This document shows positions 37,617 through 52,101 of a stretch of DNA of 64,000 bases, one piece after another. Under the pieces are notes generated by a model, which saw nothing but the letters and a program-made list of their open reading frames with translations, did not search any database and was not told the DNA's origin. Position 1 is the first letter of the stretch, and each line of letters begins with the position of its first letter. A program made the translations under genes and the position numbers. This DNA comes from Octopus sinensis (taxonomy: Eukaryota): positions 34,100,001 to 34,164,000 of the forward strand of contig NC_043000.1 of assembly GCF_006345805.1 (NCBI RefSeq), given 5' to 3'.

Positions 37617-37667
<51 letters not shown>

Positions 37668-38013
37668 TGTGTGTGTGTGTGTGTGGTGTGTGTGTGCGTG
37701 CGTGTGTGTGTATGTGTATATATATGTGTGTATATGTATGTATGTCTGTATGTATGTATATATATATATATATATATAATTAATAATAATAATATTAGGG
37801 AATAAATCCAAACTTACAGGGAAAAATTAGATTTAGGATTAAATCCAATTTTATAGTATAAATATATTATATTATATTATATTATATTAGAGATAAAACG
37901 ACTATTAGGCAAATCAAACAGTGAAAAACATAAGCCAATACATAAATTTAATTTAAAAATATAAAAGTTAAAAATTAAAAATTATTTAAATAAATTAAAC
38001 TTATAAATTTTAA

Positions 38014-38044
<31 letters not shown>

Positions 38045-38420
38045 ATATGTGTGTGTGTGTGTTGTGTGTGTGTGTGTGTGGTGTGTGTGTGCGTGCGTGT
38101 GTGTGTATGTGTATATATATGTGTGTATATGTATGTATGTCTGTATGTATGTATATATATATATATATATATAATTAATAATAATAATATTAGGGAATAA
38201 ATCCAAACTTACAGGGAAAAATTAGATTTAGGATTAAATCCAATTTTATAGTATAAATATATTATATTATATTATATTATATTAGAGATAAAACGACTAT
38301 TAGGCAAATCAAACAGTGAAAAACATAAGCCAATACATAAATTTAATTTAAAAATATAAAAGTTAAAAATTAAAAAATTATTTAAATAAATTAAACTTAT
38401 AAATTTTAAATATATATATA
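37215..38420. repeat. Tandem triplication of an about 396-bp unit (microsatellites plus PLE pLTR piece)
   Basis: agggaataaatcc at 37401, 37797 and 38192. Units are nearly identical, including microsatellite interruptions. Confidence 0.9.
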
Positions 38421-38605
38421 TACAAATATATATATATATATATATAATATATATATATATTATATATATATATATTATATATATATATATATGTATGTAT
38501 ATTTTTATATTTATATATTATTTTATTTATTAAATTATTATTATTTTTTTTAATAAATAAATATCAACAGTATTAAAAGTTTAATAAAAGACAAAGAGTA
38601 TATAT

Positions 38606-38708
<103 letters not shown>

Positions 38709-38709
38709 T

Positions 38710-38870
38710 TGTATGGTGTTAGGAAGGGCATCCAGCTGTAGAAACACTGCCAGATCAGACCGGAGCCTGGTGCAGCCTTCTGGCTTCCCAGATCCCCGGT
38801 CGAACCGTCCAACCCATGCTAGCATGGAGAACGGACGTTAAACGATGATGATGATGATGATGATGATGAT
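38710..38870 (+). mobile_element. SINE/LINE-type 3' tail ending in (GAT)n
   Basis: ggaagggcatccagctgtagaaac...aacccatgctagcatggagaacggacgttaaacgatgatg. Family not assigned. Confidence 0.6.
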
Positions 38871-38871
38871 A

Positions 38872-38952
<81 letters not shown>

Positions 38953-40349
38953 ATTTCCTTACAAACATGGCTGGTTCAATGCCGCAGGTTCTTGCTTCAA
39001 TGCTCTTAGAGTTCCCGGTGTAATTGCTGTCTGTAATAAGTAATAGAAGCGTTCCGGTGTGGACAACTCGCATTATATAACAACGCAATTTAAAATACAA
39101 AACATAACACACAACATCGAATAATTCTAATGACAAATGATTGTGAGTTAATAAATGCTATCAGAATTGATCACCGAGTAATGTTGTGGATCCACATCTC
39201 CTCTGATGTCACCATCGTCGCATCTACAGTCAAGACATTTAACTCTCAATTCGACCAGACACAACTATAGTTTCTGAGAGTTAATCCTACCTGCAACTGG
39301 AAAGTGATTCATTTGTTTTATAATGCTGTCTTTCAGCTAAAAGTGTTTTAGAATAAAGGAGGTAAAAAACAGAACGATTTTTTCCCTTAAAACTCAAGGA
39401 AACGCTTCAGGTATAAATCACCAAAAGTTATCTGAGACTCAGCAATGAAATCGATATGGATGTGACAAGGGTGATTGTTGATCTAGAGACAAGTGGTGTG
39501 GGACTGGAATTATAATGAACTGGTTTTGCTACATCTGCGAAAGTGCTACTACTATCTTTATTCTTTTATCCTATTCTTTTTATGACTTCAGTAGTTAGAC
39601 TGTGGCCATGCTAGAGCACCGCCTTAATTTAATTTCCTTCAGTTTTGTTGTCACTTTATGGCTGGATGTTGGTCTAAAATTGAATTTGTAGCATCTGGTT
39701 TTCCTTGAGTGTATCCTTGAGCGGTTGGCTGATCCAGATTCTAGGGACCTGACTAATTAACATGAAGTCATCGATCAACAGTTTAGTCTTTAAATCACAT
39801 ATCTGCTGTCTTCTCATTCTAACTCTTGTATTGGTTTGATCTAAAGGAAAGAGCAATACTACTTACTATCTGAGGCATTCTAGTTAGTCTGACACAGATC
39901 TAAGTTCACGGTTGCAAAGAGGGAATTTCAGGCTTTGAACGAATCATTTCATTTATTCCTTCCTGCGCAAAATTTTATCCTTTGCTATTTCGTCTCTGTC
40001 CATAGATTTAGCTGCAGCCTCCATAAAGATCAGTATCCAGAAACTAATCTAAGATGTCCAACAAGAGACATGAACACAACCAGAACCTTCAAGATCAAAG
40101 CATTTCGGTCCAGTGGTCCTCAACTGGAATCTCTAAGACCCACACAGGTCCACATATGATTTCAAGTAAATTTCTTAAACACAAAATATTTCAACAGTTT
40201 TTTTTTGTACAATTTCTTATAAAATTTGATTATAAAAATGTGTGATTTTTTTAACATTGAATGTCTGTAAGGGTCCACCCAGATAAAATCGGAATCAAAG
40301 AGAGCCATATTCAAAAATATTATTGAAAATTACTCATTAAAGCGCAAAG

Positions 40350-40560
40350 CAAATGTTCTAACTTAAATGCACCACAGATAAAACCAGGATAAGGTTACTA
40401 AAAACTTTAGTCAAGTCTAAAAATAATTCAAGACTTAGTGAAGGATAAACGTTGAGATAAACCAGTTTGTTCCTTCTCTTTGCTTTCTTTGATAAAATTT
40501 TAGAAATCTGTTTCTCATAACAGCTACAGTTATGGTGGGTGGGAAACGGGTATGTTTCGA
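40350..40560 (-). mobile_element. Degraded PLE linker fragment
   Basis: YPFP...YEKQISKILSKK...KLVYLNVYP...LTKVFS...VV resembles the post-RT linker of Penelope-type ORFs. Confidence 0.4.
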
Positions 40561-40792
40561 GGAATAGCCGGGCGTCCATTCGAACATTCTGAGCGTCATT
40601 TTAAACCAGCAAATAAAGAACTAACAAAACTATTTGACTTTGAGTATAACATAGATGTTGTTTACTTATCTTAACACTGATAAGGTTCTGCTACAAATAT
40701 ACCATTATGAAACACCAGAAAAAGAATATGTTTCACAAATTGCGACACATCTACATATATCGCATTTGTTTGTCTACATGTACATAAATACA

Positions 40793-40827
<35 letters not shown>

Positions 40828-40942
40828 GCATGTGTGCGTATGTATGTCTATAAATATATATATATAAATGTATGTATGTATGTATATATGTATGTATGTA
40901 TGTATATATATATATATGTGTGTATGTATGTATATATATATA

Positions 40943-40988
<46 letters not shown>

Positions 40989-40990
40989 TA

Positions 40991-41031
<41 letters not shown>

Positions 41032-41299
41032 TGTATATACATATATATATACAGTATATATATATATAATATATATATATATATTATATATATTAATATA
41101 TATATATATTATATATATATATATATATAATTATACACACACCCACACAAGCCAACTGTTTATATATATACACCCACACACCTCTCATGGATAATTATCC
41201 AACCACTTTAGTCATTCAGATAAAAACAGACGTGCACACACATGCACACTTACACACACATATACATATAGACATTCACACACACATTCATTGACTCTC

Positions 41300-41600
41300 G
41301 TTGTGGCGGTGAGCTGGCAGAATCGTTAGCACGCCGGGCGAAATGCTTAGCGTCATTTCGTCTGTCTTTATGTTCTGAGTTCAAATTCCGCCGAGGTCGA
41401 CTTTGCATTTCATCCTTTCGGGGTCGATAAATTAAGTACCAGTTGTGGGCAGGAGCCGATCTGGCAGAATTGTTTGGACGCCAGGCGAAATGCTTAGCGG
41501 TATTTTGTCTGTTTTCACGTTTTGAGTTCAAATTCTGCCGAGCTCCACTTAGCCTTTCATCCTTTCTGAGTCGAAAAAATAAGTACCAGCTAAGTAGTGT
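41300..41600 (+). mobile_element. Two Meta-like SINEs in tandem
   Basis: ggcggtgagctggcagaatcgttagc...aagtaccag at 41306-41440 and a diverged repeat at 41448-41590. Confidence 0.8.
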
Positions 41601-41892
41601 GTGTGTGTGTGTGGGGGCATGCAATCGACCCCCCCCCCCTCCATGTTGCTGGCCTTGTGCCAAAATTTGAAACCAATATATTAACCCCCTACACCCACCC
41701 CGACCTACAACATTGTGAAATAACTAACGTCTCTGACTTGTTTCTCGTTTCTTAAAAATTTAAAGAAAAATTCTAAGAAATGTAAGAAAGTTAAATTTCC
41801 TGAGAAATTCTCAACTCAAACCTGAGAATTGTCATTTAAACTGATCTTCATACTCCTACTCACACACACACACTGGTGTATAATTATTCATA

Positions 41893-43125
41893 CACACATG
41901 TTAAAAGTAAATAGACACCCCAGAAAACATCGTTTTCTGTTTATTGTAAAGGTTTATATTTCTTATTAATTGACATTTTTACGTTTCAGATTCTATACGT
42001 GACTGTTTAATCATGCCATAAACAAAAGAAGCCTTGGAACTGTCTGAATTTCAAAGAGGCCATATTGTGGGTCATTCTGAAGGTTGATATAATCAGCATA
42101 AAATCGCAGAAAACCTTGGGACCCCGCTTTCTACAGTTAATAGAGTGATTGTGCAATTCACCAGAGAGGGGAAGGAATCCACATCACCTTGTTCAGATCA
42201 GCCAAGGCCCTCTGACAGGACCCTTCTCTTTGCTAAGAGAAGTGTGGAAGATAATCCTCGTTGCAAGACCTCTGACAGAGCAGGGCAAGCTGATGTCAGT
42301 CCCAGAACAGCTGTGAGCTATCTCCACAAACTCAGTTACTTTGGCAGAGCAGGAAGAAGGAAGCCACATATTTGACCAGTCAATATGAAGCGGAGAAAAG
42401 ATTGGACCAGTGAGATGGTGGAGAGGCCACTAGCATTGAGACACTGCCATATTTTCTGATGAGTCCAAATTTCCTAATGGTCGAGTGTGGGTCTGGAGAC
42501 TGTGATCAAGAATTTGATGTGAAAAGATTGCAACCAGCAATGAAACACTGCAGGTATTCTGTGATGGTCTGGAGAACAATTTGGAGTAATAGTTGATCAA
42601 AGCTGGTAGAGTGTGAGAGAACGATAAACTCAAATAAATATGTGTCCATATTGCAGAAAGGACTCATTCGAAACTTCTCCAGTGGTGAAATGATTAAAGA
42701 AGACTCTCTATTTATGGAAGATGAGATTCCTTGTCTCACGGTTAAAATGACCCAAGATTTGTTGGAAAAGAATGGCATTAGAAAACTTCCATGGTCAAGC
42801 CAGTCAACAGATATGAACCCTATAGAACACCTCTGGGGCATAATGGACAGGTCATTTCATAAACAGAACAAGAAAGCATCTTCAAAGTCAGATCTGTTGA
42901 CATTATTACCTGAAACTTAGCAAGAAATTCCACAAGAGAATATTCACCATCTGATCAGTAACATGCCTAATAGGGCCCTTGCATTGGAAAATACAAAGAG
43001 TATGTCTACTAAATATTAAAGGTTCACTTTATAACGACTAACAAGTAATTTGAATGTATAATTTCAGATTTAAATAAATTTTCATGATTATAGGGGTGTC
43101 TATTTACTTCTTTCATGACTGTGTG
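41893..43125 (+). mobile_element. Tc1-family DNA transposon, full length but inactivated
   Basis: TIRs (aagtaaatagacacccc / ggggtgtctatttactt) after TA. Broken transposase at about 42013-43017 with HTH, FSDES, VMVW, MED and WSSQSTDMNPIEHLW (DD34E-type). Confidence 0.92.
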
Positions 43126-43499
43126 CATAAGATGTATTAAGAAACACATAAGCATTCAAACGTTATACACTGATATTACCGGTGTGTGTGCATGTATGCG
43201 TCTGTGAGTATGTATATATGTTTGTAGACGTGTTTACGCATATGCACAGACATATTTCGATAAATGTTAGGAACTAGAATTAAAGACATTCTTTATTCAA
43301 GTTAGAACGGCGTTCATTCTATTCTCTATCAATTACCTATGGATATAAACTCAACGGATACTCTGGAATGCCTTATGTATATACCGTAGCAGGAGCATTT
43401 TCACTGCATGGTGACATCAGGTAGCTAATAACTGCAGAAGGGCTTTGCTTGGCATTCTAAAAGGTTTTTACCCAAATCTTATTCAACACATATCTGTGA

Positions 43500-43915
43500 A
43501 CGTCTATTGGGGAACAGGGATTACGTGCCGAGACATGGATGCTAAAACTCGAGTAGAATAGGGGCAAGGTGGAAGGTATTTACTTCGATAAAAGATGAAC
43601 TCAAAGCAAAGCTGCATAGGGTTGTATGCGCCAGTCCTTTCGACAGCACCGCTCTTAGACGCAAGTGTGATGTCGGTTCCTACAAAGAGGGAGGAACAGC
43701 GATTGGCTCCGACGCAAAAAGAGATAGCAGTGTTACTACGAGAGCATATTCGAAATAAGATAATACGGGAGCAGAGTGGACGATGTGATCGCAGAATTCT
43801 GAAAGGACAAGTTCCGGTGGGCCAAACACGTGGGAATATTTACAGACAACAGCTGGACCCATGCACATGTCATGTGGTATCCAAGGGATCGGAAACGTCG
43901 GCTCGGAAGTGGCCT
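43500..43915 (+). mobile_element. RTE-clade LINE 3' fragment
   Basis: Frameshifted matches to TKREEQRL..TQ...[25 protein letters not shown]...[10 protein letters not shown]. Confidence 0.7.
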
Positions 43916-43988
43916 TTTATGTGTATGTGTGTATACAAACACACACATATACGCATACATACATATACTCATATACATTCATTCATAT

Positions 43989-44033
<45 letters not shown>

Positions 44034-44051
44034 ATATATTTTTATATATAT

Positions 44052-44124
<73 letters not shown>

Positions 44125-44172
44125 ATATGTGTGTGTGGTGTGTGTGTGTGTGTGTGTGTTGTGTGTGTGTGT

Positions 44173-46180
44173 GAATAAATGAAAGAATGGAGTCGAACGA
44201 AGATGTTAACAAAATTCTTTTACTCTCGACATATGTTTCGAAGACAACATGTTTTCATTCCAAAGGAATAAAGGGTGCATTATGCAATCTTCCCATCAGG
44301 AAAGAAAGGTTAAGAACAGATTAGTTAGGTTTTTTAATAGAATGTGTTTGCGCATCGTTTTTGACGATGAATTAACTAAAGCCAACTTCTTAGACATTAC
44401 CCTCAATTTGCAGAATAACTCATATTTCCCTTATCATAAACCTTCCACAAATCTTAAGTATATTAGCATTTTCAGTAATCATGCCAGGCCAATTACCGAT
44501 AATTTGGTCAAAAACATATCTCTGAGACTGTCTAAATTATCTGCTAATGTCGACATCTTTAACCAAAAGGCAGACTTCTATAACGCCGCCTTGTTAAGAG
44601 CCGGTTATAAGGAGAAAGTGTCATACATCGACTCAGCTCATTCTAAACCAACATCTGCTTCTCCAGATAGAAAAGTTACTCGTAATAGGAATAATGATTT
44701 CAATTCTAATAGTGCCAGCAACGCTATACATAAAATAAATTCTTTACGGACTAGGGGAGGTAAGCGCCATTCAACCCTAAATTTCCAACCCAGAAATTTT
44801 CCCCTTACTATCACAAATAACACTAAGAACAATTCAAAGGCCACAAAAAACTGTATCTGGTTCGTAATACCTTTCGGAAAACAAATTAAATCGAACCTTC
44901 CCTTAACAGTTCCGTGAAGCCGTTGCTAGGAACTTTCCCAGAAATTCTAGATATCATTCTATTATCAATTCCCACATAGTCAGAATAGCTTTCTCTAACA
45001 CTAGGAATCTTTCACAAATTATATCTTCCCACAATACCAAGCTGCTAAACAAAGATTCTTCACCTGGGAGTTCCAACACTAATCTTGCTAATTCTAACCC
45101 ATCATACAATCGTAATAATAGGAATAGTATTAATAGTAACAGCATTGGCAGCAGCGAAAGTGTTAACAATGATAATATTAATAATAGTGTTAATAACAAT
45201 GGTAGTGTTGATGGTAACAACAATAACGGTATTATTGTCGGTAGTATTACTGGTTGTAGTACCATTAATAATACTAATAATAATAGAAATAGTGTAGTTG
45301 TTGGCGCTAATAATAATAGTAACAACAATCATAACAATAAAAACTTCGTTTCGATCTCGGAGGACAACCCCAACAGAATTAAATTTTTGTCTAGTAATTC
45401 TAAGATTAAGAATTCTATTTACCAGTGTAGAATTTCTTCCGATGTCTTCTTCTATATAGGAGCGCCCACCTCCCAGTTATCCAAGAGAATTTCGAACCAT
45501 TATTCAACATTCAGGGATAGTAAAAAACGACATAGTACAGGGCTAAGTAAATTAGTTTTGCCGTCTTAAAGACAATATAAACTTCAAGTTAGATTGGTTC
45601 ATACTGTCTGTATCCTTTCCTTTTGATGAGGGCAGGAGATTTTGTAACATTTGTAACTCTGAACTCTTCCATATTCTCTTCTCTAAGGTTCCCCTAGTAA
45701 ACACACTCGTAGAAAAATCATACAAATGTAAACACTGGCAGAAACATACTTTCTACTCATATAAATGATAACGATAGTCACTGTGGTTTGAACAATTAGC
45801 TTTACATCCACCCCACTTCTATAGCGAAATTCTTTCCTAACCCTTCGAACATTCTTTCAATCAACGTACCCTTCCCTCTCCACTTGTTCCCTACCTATTG
45901 TTCCTTTAACCCTTCTCTTCCTACTATCTATCTTTGACGTCAATTCTTCTAACGGTTTTTTTAAAAAAAACACTCATTATCGTTTTGTTTACCATGTAGG
46001 CAGTCATCGAAATTTTTGTTTGTCTTATTGTCGAGAGAGGCTCCCCTTCTTTCCTGATGAGAAGATTGCATAATGCACCCTTTATTCCTTTGGAATGAAA
46101 ACATGTTGTCTTCGAAACATATGTCGAGAGTAAAGGAATTTTGTTAACATCTTCGTTCGACTCCATTCTTTCATTTATTC
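44173..46180 (+). mobile_element. 5'-truncated Penelope-like element (Naiad/Chlamys-like) with inverted 5' pLTR and 3' pLTR
   Basis: RT thumb ANFLDITLNL...PYHKP...SNH...RLSKLS...FNQ...AALLRAGY; linker IWFVIPF, FPRNSRYHSIIN; GIY-YIG IYQC...FYIG...KRISNHYSTF...STGLSK; C-terminal CNIC...CKH. 44173-44309 is an inverted copy of 46045-46180. Confidence 0.9.
46049..46130 (+). ncRNA. Hammerhead ribozyme motif in PLE 3' pLTR
   Basis: ctttc-CTGATGA-gaaga...tcttc-GAAAC-atat-GTC-gagag: intact core, stem II gaaga/tcttc, palindromic acatatgt stem III, stem I ctttc/gagag. Confidence 0.8.
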
Positions 46181-46661
46181 ATATACAACACACAAATTTC
46201 TGCACATGAACCGGATTTCTACCCTTGGACAGGTCGCTTCAACCGTGTTTCTGACGTGAATTTGCTACCCAGGTTCGGTTAAACAAATGTTCTATGCTGA
46301 CGATAAACATAGGATATTCATTCACCTATTTAATATATAATATATATATATAAACAAATTCAAAATGCGATAAAATAAAATTAATTATTATCGCTGGGTT
46401 TCTAGCACAGGCCATATATTATTCATTATAAGTACATTAAAGGCGAAGTATGTACTAGAAACACAGAAGCTTGATAAATTTAGTGAAATGAAAATATATA
46501 TATATTATATATATATAAATGAAAATATATATATATATATATATATAATAATAATAATATATTATTATAATAAAATATTAGGGAATAATCCAAACTTACA
46601 GGGAAAAATCAGATTTAGGATTAAATTTGCCTAATAGTGTTTTAACCTCTAATTTAATATA

Positions 46662-47512
<851 letters not shown>

Positions 47513-47524
47513 ATATATATATAA

Positions 47525-48925
47525 ACTTAGATATGTTTCGACCAAAGATTGATCCAGGCCATGTCTAACTTAATAGCACCACCTGATAAGATTATTTGAA
47601 TCCTGTTTAAGTCAAGTTTTGTTTATGGTCCATTCAAGTAGTGAGTTTTTGTTGGGTGAGTTGTATCCAATTATGGGTGGCTTATGTGGTATTATTTGAA
47701 GGAATCTATCCAGACTCCGTTTAAAGTTGATGGGATCCTTTTCCTCTTTGATCTCTTTCGGGACAATGTTAAATAGGGCAGGGCCTGTTGAGGAAAAGAA
47801 ATTATGTTGTGGTGTACATGTATGCTGTGATCTTGAATTGGGCAGGGGACGTATGGCCCGTGGTCCCAGTCTTGGATGAACCTTGAAGCTAATGTTCAGG
47901 TAGTTTGGGCAAAGTTGGCGGTATATTCTCCACATCGTACAAATGATGTACCGCTCACGGTGACGCTGGAGAGTGTAGTTTCAAGGCTTTAAGGCGATCC
48001 CAATAATCGAGAGCAGCCATGCCTTCAATTCGTTTAGTGCGTGTCCTCTGGGGTGATTCAATCCTCGAGATGTTGTGTCTTGTATGGGGAGACCACAGTG
48101 GGCAGCAGTATTCGAGGTGTGGCCGTACAAAGGAGGAGAAAAGTGGTATGATGACACCTTATTCTCTGGACCGGAAAGTTCTTAAGATCAAGGAACTCAT
48201 CCTACGAGCTATATCGACCTTCTTCTTGATGTGTGCACTCCAACTGAGATCGTCATCAACAATTACACCCAGGTCTCTGATATTGTTAGAGGCTGTGAGC
48301 GGTTCTCCTGAAGGAAGAGAGTATGGCTGTTTTAGTGAGGAATTTCTTCCAAAATGCATCAGCTCAAATTTTCCCTCGTTCAGTTGCATTTTGTTTCTGT
48401 CTGCCCATTGACTCACAGCATATAGATCAGACTGGAGTTGAGCTCGGTCTGCTTCTTCATTGACGATTTGCTGGAGCTTAGTGTCATCAGTAAATATTTT
48501 CACCTTGCAGTAATGTACGACACTGGAAAGGTCGTTTATGTAAATTATGAAGAGTAGCGGACCCAAGACAGTCCCCTGGGGGACACCGCTGGTGACTTTT
48601 GCTGGGCTTGAGTGGACTCCATCAACTACAACATGTTGTGTTCTATTCGCCCGGAAATACTTAATCCAGTGTAGAACTTTTCCACGGATTCCAACATTTG
48701 CCAATTTTGAGAGTAGGATATTATGGTCTACCCTGTCGAACGCTTTATTGAAGTCAAGATATATGACATCAGAATTCGAACCTGTTCCCAAGGCTTTGAG
48801 TACATCTTCAATGTGGTGTAAGAGCTGTGTTAGACAGTCCCTGCCACAGCGAAAGCCATGCTGATTTGCATTTAGGAGTTTGTGGGTCTCCAGGAAGTCA
48901 GCTATCCTTGATCTTAACACTCTTT
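47525..48925 (-). mobile_element. 5'-truncated CR1-like LINE (RT domain and 3' end)
   Basis: 253-aa ORF with QHGFRCGRDCLTQL, YLDFNKAFDRVDH, GVPQGTVLGPLLFIIYINDL, FTDDTKL. Downstream RPHLEYC-type and GPALFN...P..IK regions. Confidence 0.92.
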
Positions 48926-49461
48926 CTATAAATATATTATAAAAGACGGAAAATGCACATAATTTATATATTTTAAATATATTTTAGAGTATAGAATATG
49001 ATATATATGTATCTATTCGCGTGATTTCACGAGGATCTGTGCGAACGGAACGAGGCTGTGTTTTCCAAAATGGAAAACGAACGACCTTTCTTCATGTGAT
49101 CAGCTTCAAAAATTGTTAAGACACTAGGATATTTTCCTACCTTTCTTAACATGAAACCAATGGTAGCCTTAATTCACAAATAAAGAAATTATATCCACCA
49201 ATGCTGTGTTGAGCACTAATTTTCACCGTGTTGAGCACTAATTTTATCAAGTGGTCAGCATGGAGAAAATAACTTTCAAAGGTAATAATTATTAAGATTA
49301 TAAATTAGGGTATCTACGAAATACAACTATGCTAGTTTCATCTTGTCTCTTTGTTTTCTCTCCGTGTTGATATATGGACAATTAAGGTGGTTTTAGAGTC
49401 AGATCATGGCTGCTATTTTCAACATGGTGGTATCTCGTACATACCCTAATTTATAATTATA

Positions 49462-49497
<36 letters not shown>

Positions 49498-49519
49498 TGT
49501 ATGTATGTATGTATGTATG

Positions 49520-49599
<80 letters not shown>

Positions 49600-50207
49600 T
49601 GGGAGGATTTTTTGTACGTACACATGCAGTTATGTGTGACGGTAGTTGTAAATGCTACACTATATACAGCTGGTGGAAATATTTCATATTCTGACAAATT
49701 TAAGTATATGTAAAGTGTCGCCCAGTTCATCTCCTGCAGCCAAACCTGAAGATGACTAATTTATTAATGGATTACAAAACATTTAGAATACATTTGTCTA
49801 AATTTGAACGTTGTCATTATATCGATTTTTCCCTGAAGATTGACTTATAAATATCGGTAGTGGAACAAATATTGCTGTGTATGTGAGCATCTTCACATTC
49901 ACATGCGTATATATCATTGATAAGGATAATATTAATATAAATGTGTTGATTGTATTAACAGGATTGATGTATACATCAACATTTATACAGCAATCTAGAT
50001 ATGTAACAAATATATATTCATTTTCAGGTTGATCTAGTTATATATATATATATATATATATATAGTGTACATGTATGTCATTAATCAATTTTATTTCAAA
50101 ATTTCTTGCTAATAGAGAAAGAGCCGGTTTCTAACCTAGATCCAAGGCTCCTTCATTGGAATTTCAACATCAACAACAGGATATTTTTGTTTGTTTGTAT
50201 GTATGTG

Positions 50208-50239
<32 letters not shown>

Positions 50240-50394
50240 TGTATGTATGTATGTATGTATGTATGTATGTTTTATATATGTATTCCCATGCATATAGTTG
50301 CATATCTAGACATGCTCATATATATTGAAGATAAAATTCTGCAAAGTTTTACAGATTTTTAGTTCCAGTGATAGACTGGATCTGTGGTCTTCGA

Positions 50395-50835
50395 ATCAGC
50401 ATTTACCTTTCTGGTTTTGAGAAGCCTAATTTCTCAAGATTGGTTTTAAGGTAGTGTGTTACATATCCCAGGGCCCCAATAATTACAGGTATAAACCTGA
50501 ACTTGAAATCTGGATAGAGTAACTGCAGATTTCTCAATAGTTCAGCGTAGATATTCTTTTTCTCACTGATATTCAGATTTATGCTAACATCCGCTAGACA
50601 GCTAATTTCCACAACTGTGCACAGTTTCTCTTCTCTATCTCAAATCATTATATCAGATCTATTGTCTTTACATTTCATTGAGCTATTCCCTTTTTATTAT
50701 GAGTGGCTATGGCTTCCACCATTCTATGGGGTTTTATTTCTTTGTCCTCGGATCCGACGGATCTCATTATACAGTGTCTTAGCCACAACATAACGCCTCA
50801 TCGGTAGATAATACCGTGACGACAATCTACATATT
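50395..50835 (-). mobile_element. R4/Dong-like REL-domain fragment
   Basis: VEISCLADV...EKKNIYAELLRNLQLLYPDFKFRFIPVIIGALGYV. Confidence 0.75.
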
Positions 50836-51194
50836 ACATTGTATGTATATATGATACTGTGTAACAATGTATGACATTGTATGTATGATGACATTGTATG
50901 TATGTATATGTGTATGTGTTCATTTATGCATGTGTTTGTCAAGATTCTTGATGTGAAATGGTGTGTTAAAGCAGATATTGCTATGCTTGGGGATGATGAT
51001 CATATTTTGTCAATTAAACACAACCACAACGTGTTTGGTCTTCACTTCAGACTTATTATTATTGTTTTTTGAAATAAAAAAAAGATAAAGCTGAAGGAAA
51101 GACCAAACATTCTGTGATTGCGTTCAATTAACAAAACATGACCGTCCCCAAGTATAACAATACATACACACACATATATGCATATACATATATG

Positions 51195-51237
<43 letters not shown>

Positions 51238-51271
51238 GATACATACACACATAAATACATATATATACAGA

Positions 51272-51303
<32 letters not shown>

Positions 51304-52033
51304 CATATATACATACATACATACATACATATACATATGCACAACTATACATATATATGTGTGTATGCATATATGTATATTTGTATATCTATATCTGTAT
51401 ATATATATGTGTGTGTGTGTGTGTGTCAAGATGGCGTTGTGTTGGTAAAGCGTGTAATGCTTAGCTCCGGAAAAGTAGAGTAGAACCTCCAAGAGATCGA
51501 TGTAATTAGAAGTAAAGAGGTCTCTGGCTTAAATATAGCTCAAAAGGACGACCAGTATATTTCACCTTCGATCGAACAATACGCGTGTACAAGGAAAATA
51601 TATCCGATGACAAGATATCAAGTCATATTCAACGTTTTTGCCGAAACCACGCGTTGACTTGGATATAAATATAAAAATACGGTAGCTACATTGGTCACAT
51701 ATCTTGCAGTTTCTTGGAAAATTACGGTCTTCACAACCGAAATTTATTGTTCAAAACATAAAATTCTTAAACTACGAAGATCGGAGGTTTGTTTTGTTTA
51801 CTTTTCTTTCAGCGAGCCATTAGGTAAAATAAAAATTATTCTTTAATATATTCTTTTTCTGTGACCACCTCGTCTTATAATGATACATTTTATAATATAT
51901 TTATAGACAATTTCGGCTTTATAATAACAATATATTTCTCTCTCTGCCTCCCTCTTCTCTCTCCCTCAAGTTGATCTTGTATTTCTCTCCCTCTCTCTGT
52001 CTCTTAATTTCGTTCTCTCTCTCTGTGTCTCTG

Positions 52034-52071
<38 letters not shown>

Positions 52072-52101
52072 ACTCTTTCTCTCTCCGTATCCCTAACAAA
52101 G

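Noticed and set aside
45569-45900. Selenocysteine/SECIS as reported for some Naiad elements
   Set aside because: The C-terminal motif reads TGT-AAC-ATT-TGT (CNIC) with no in-frame TGA, and no SECIS was recognised.
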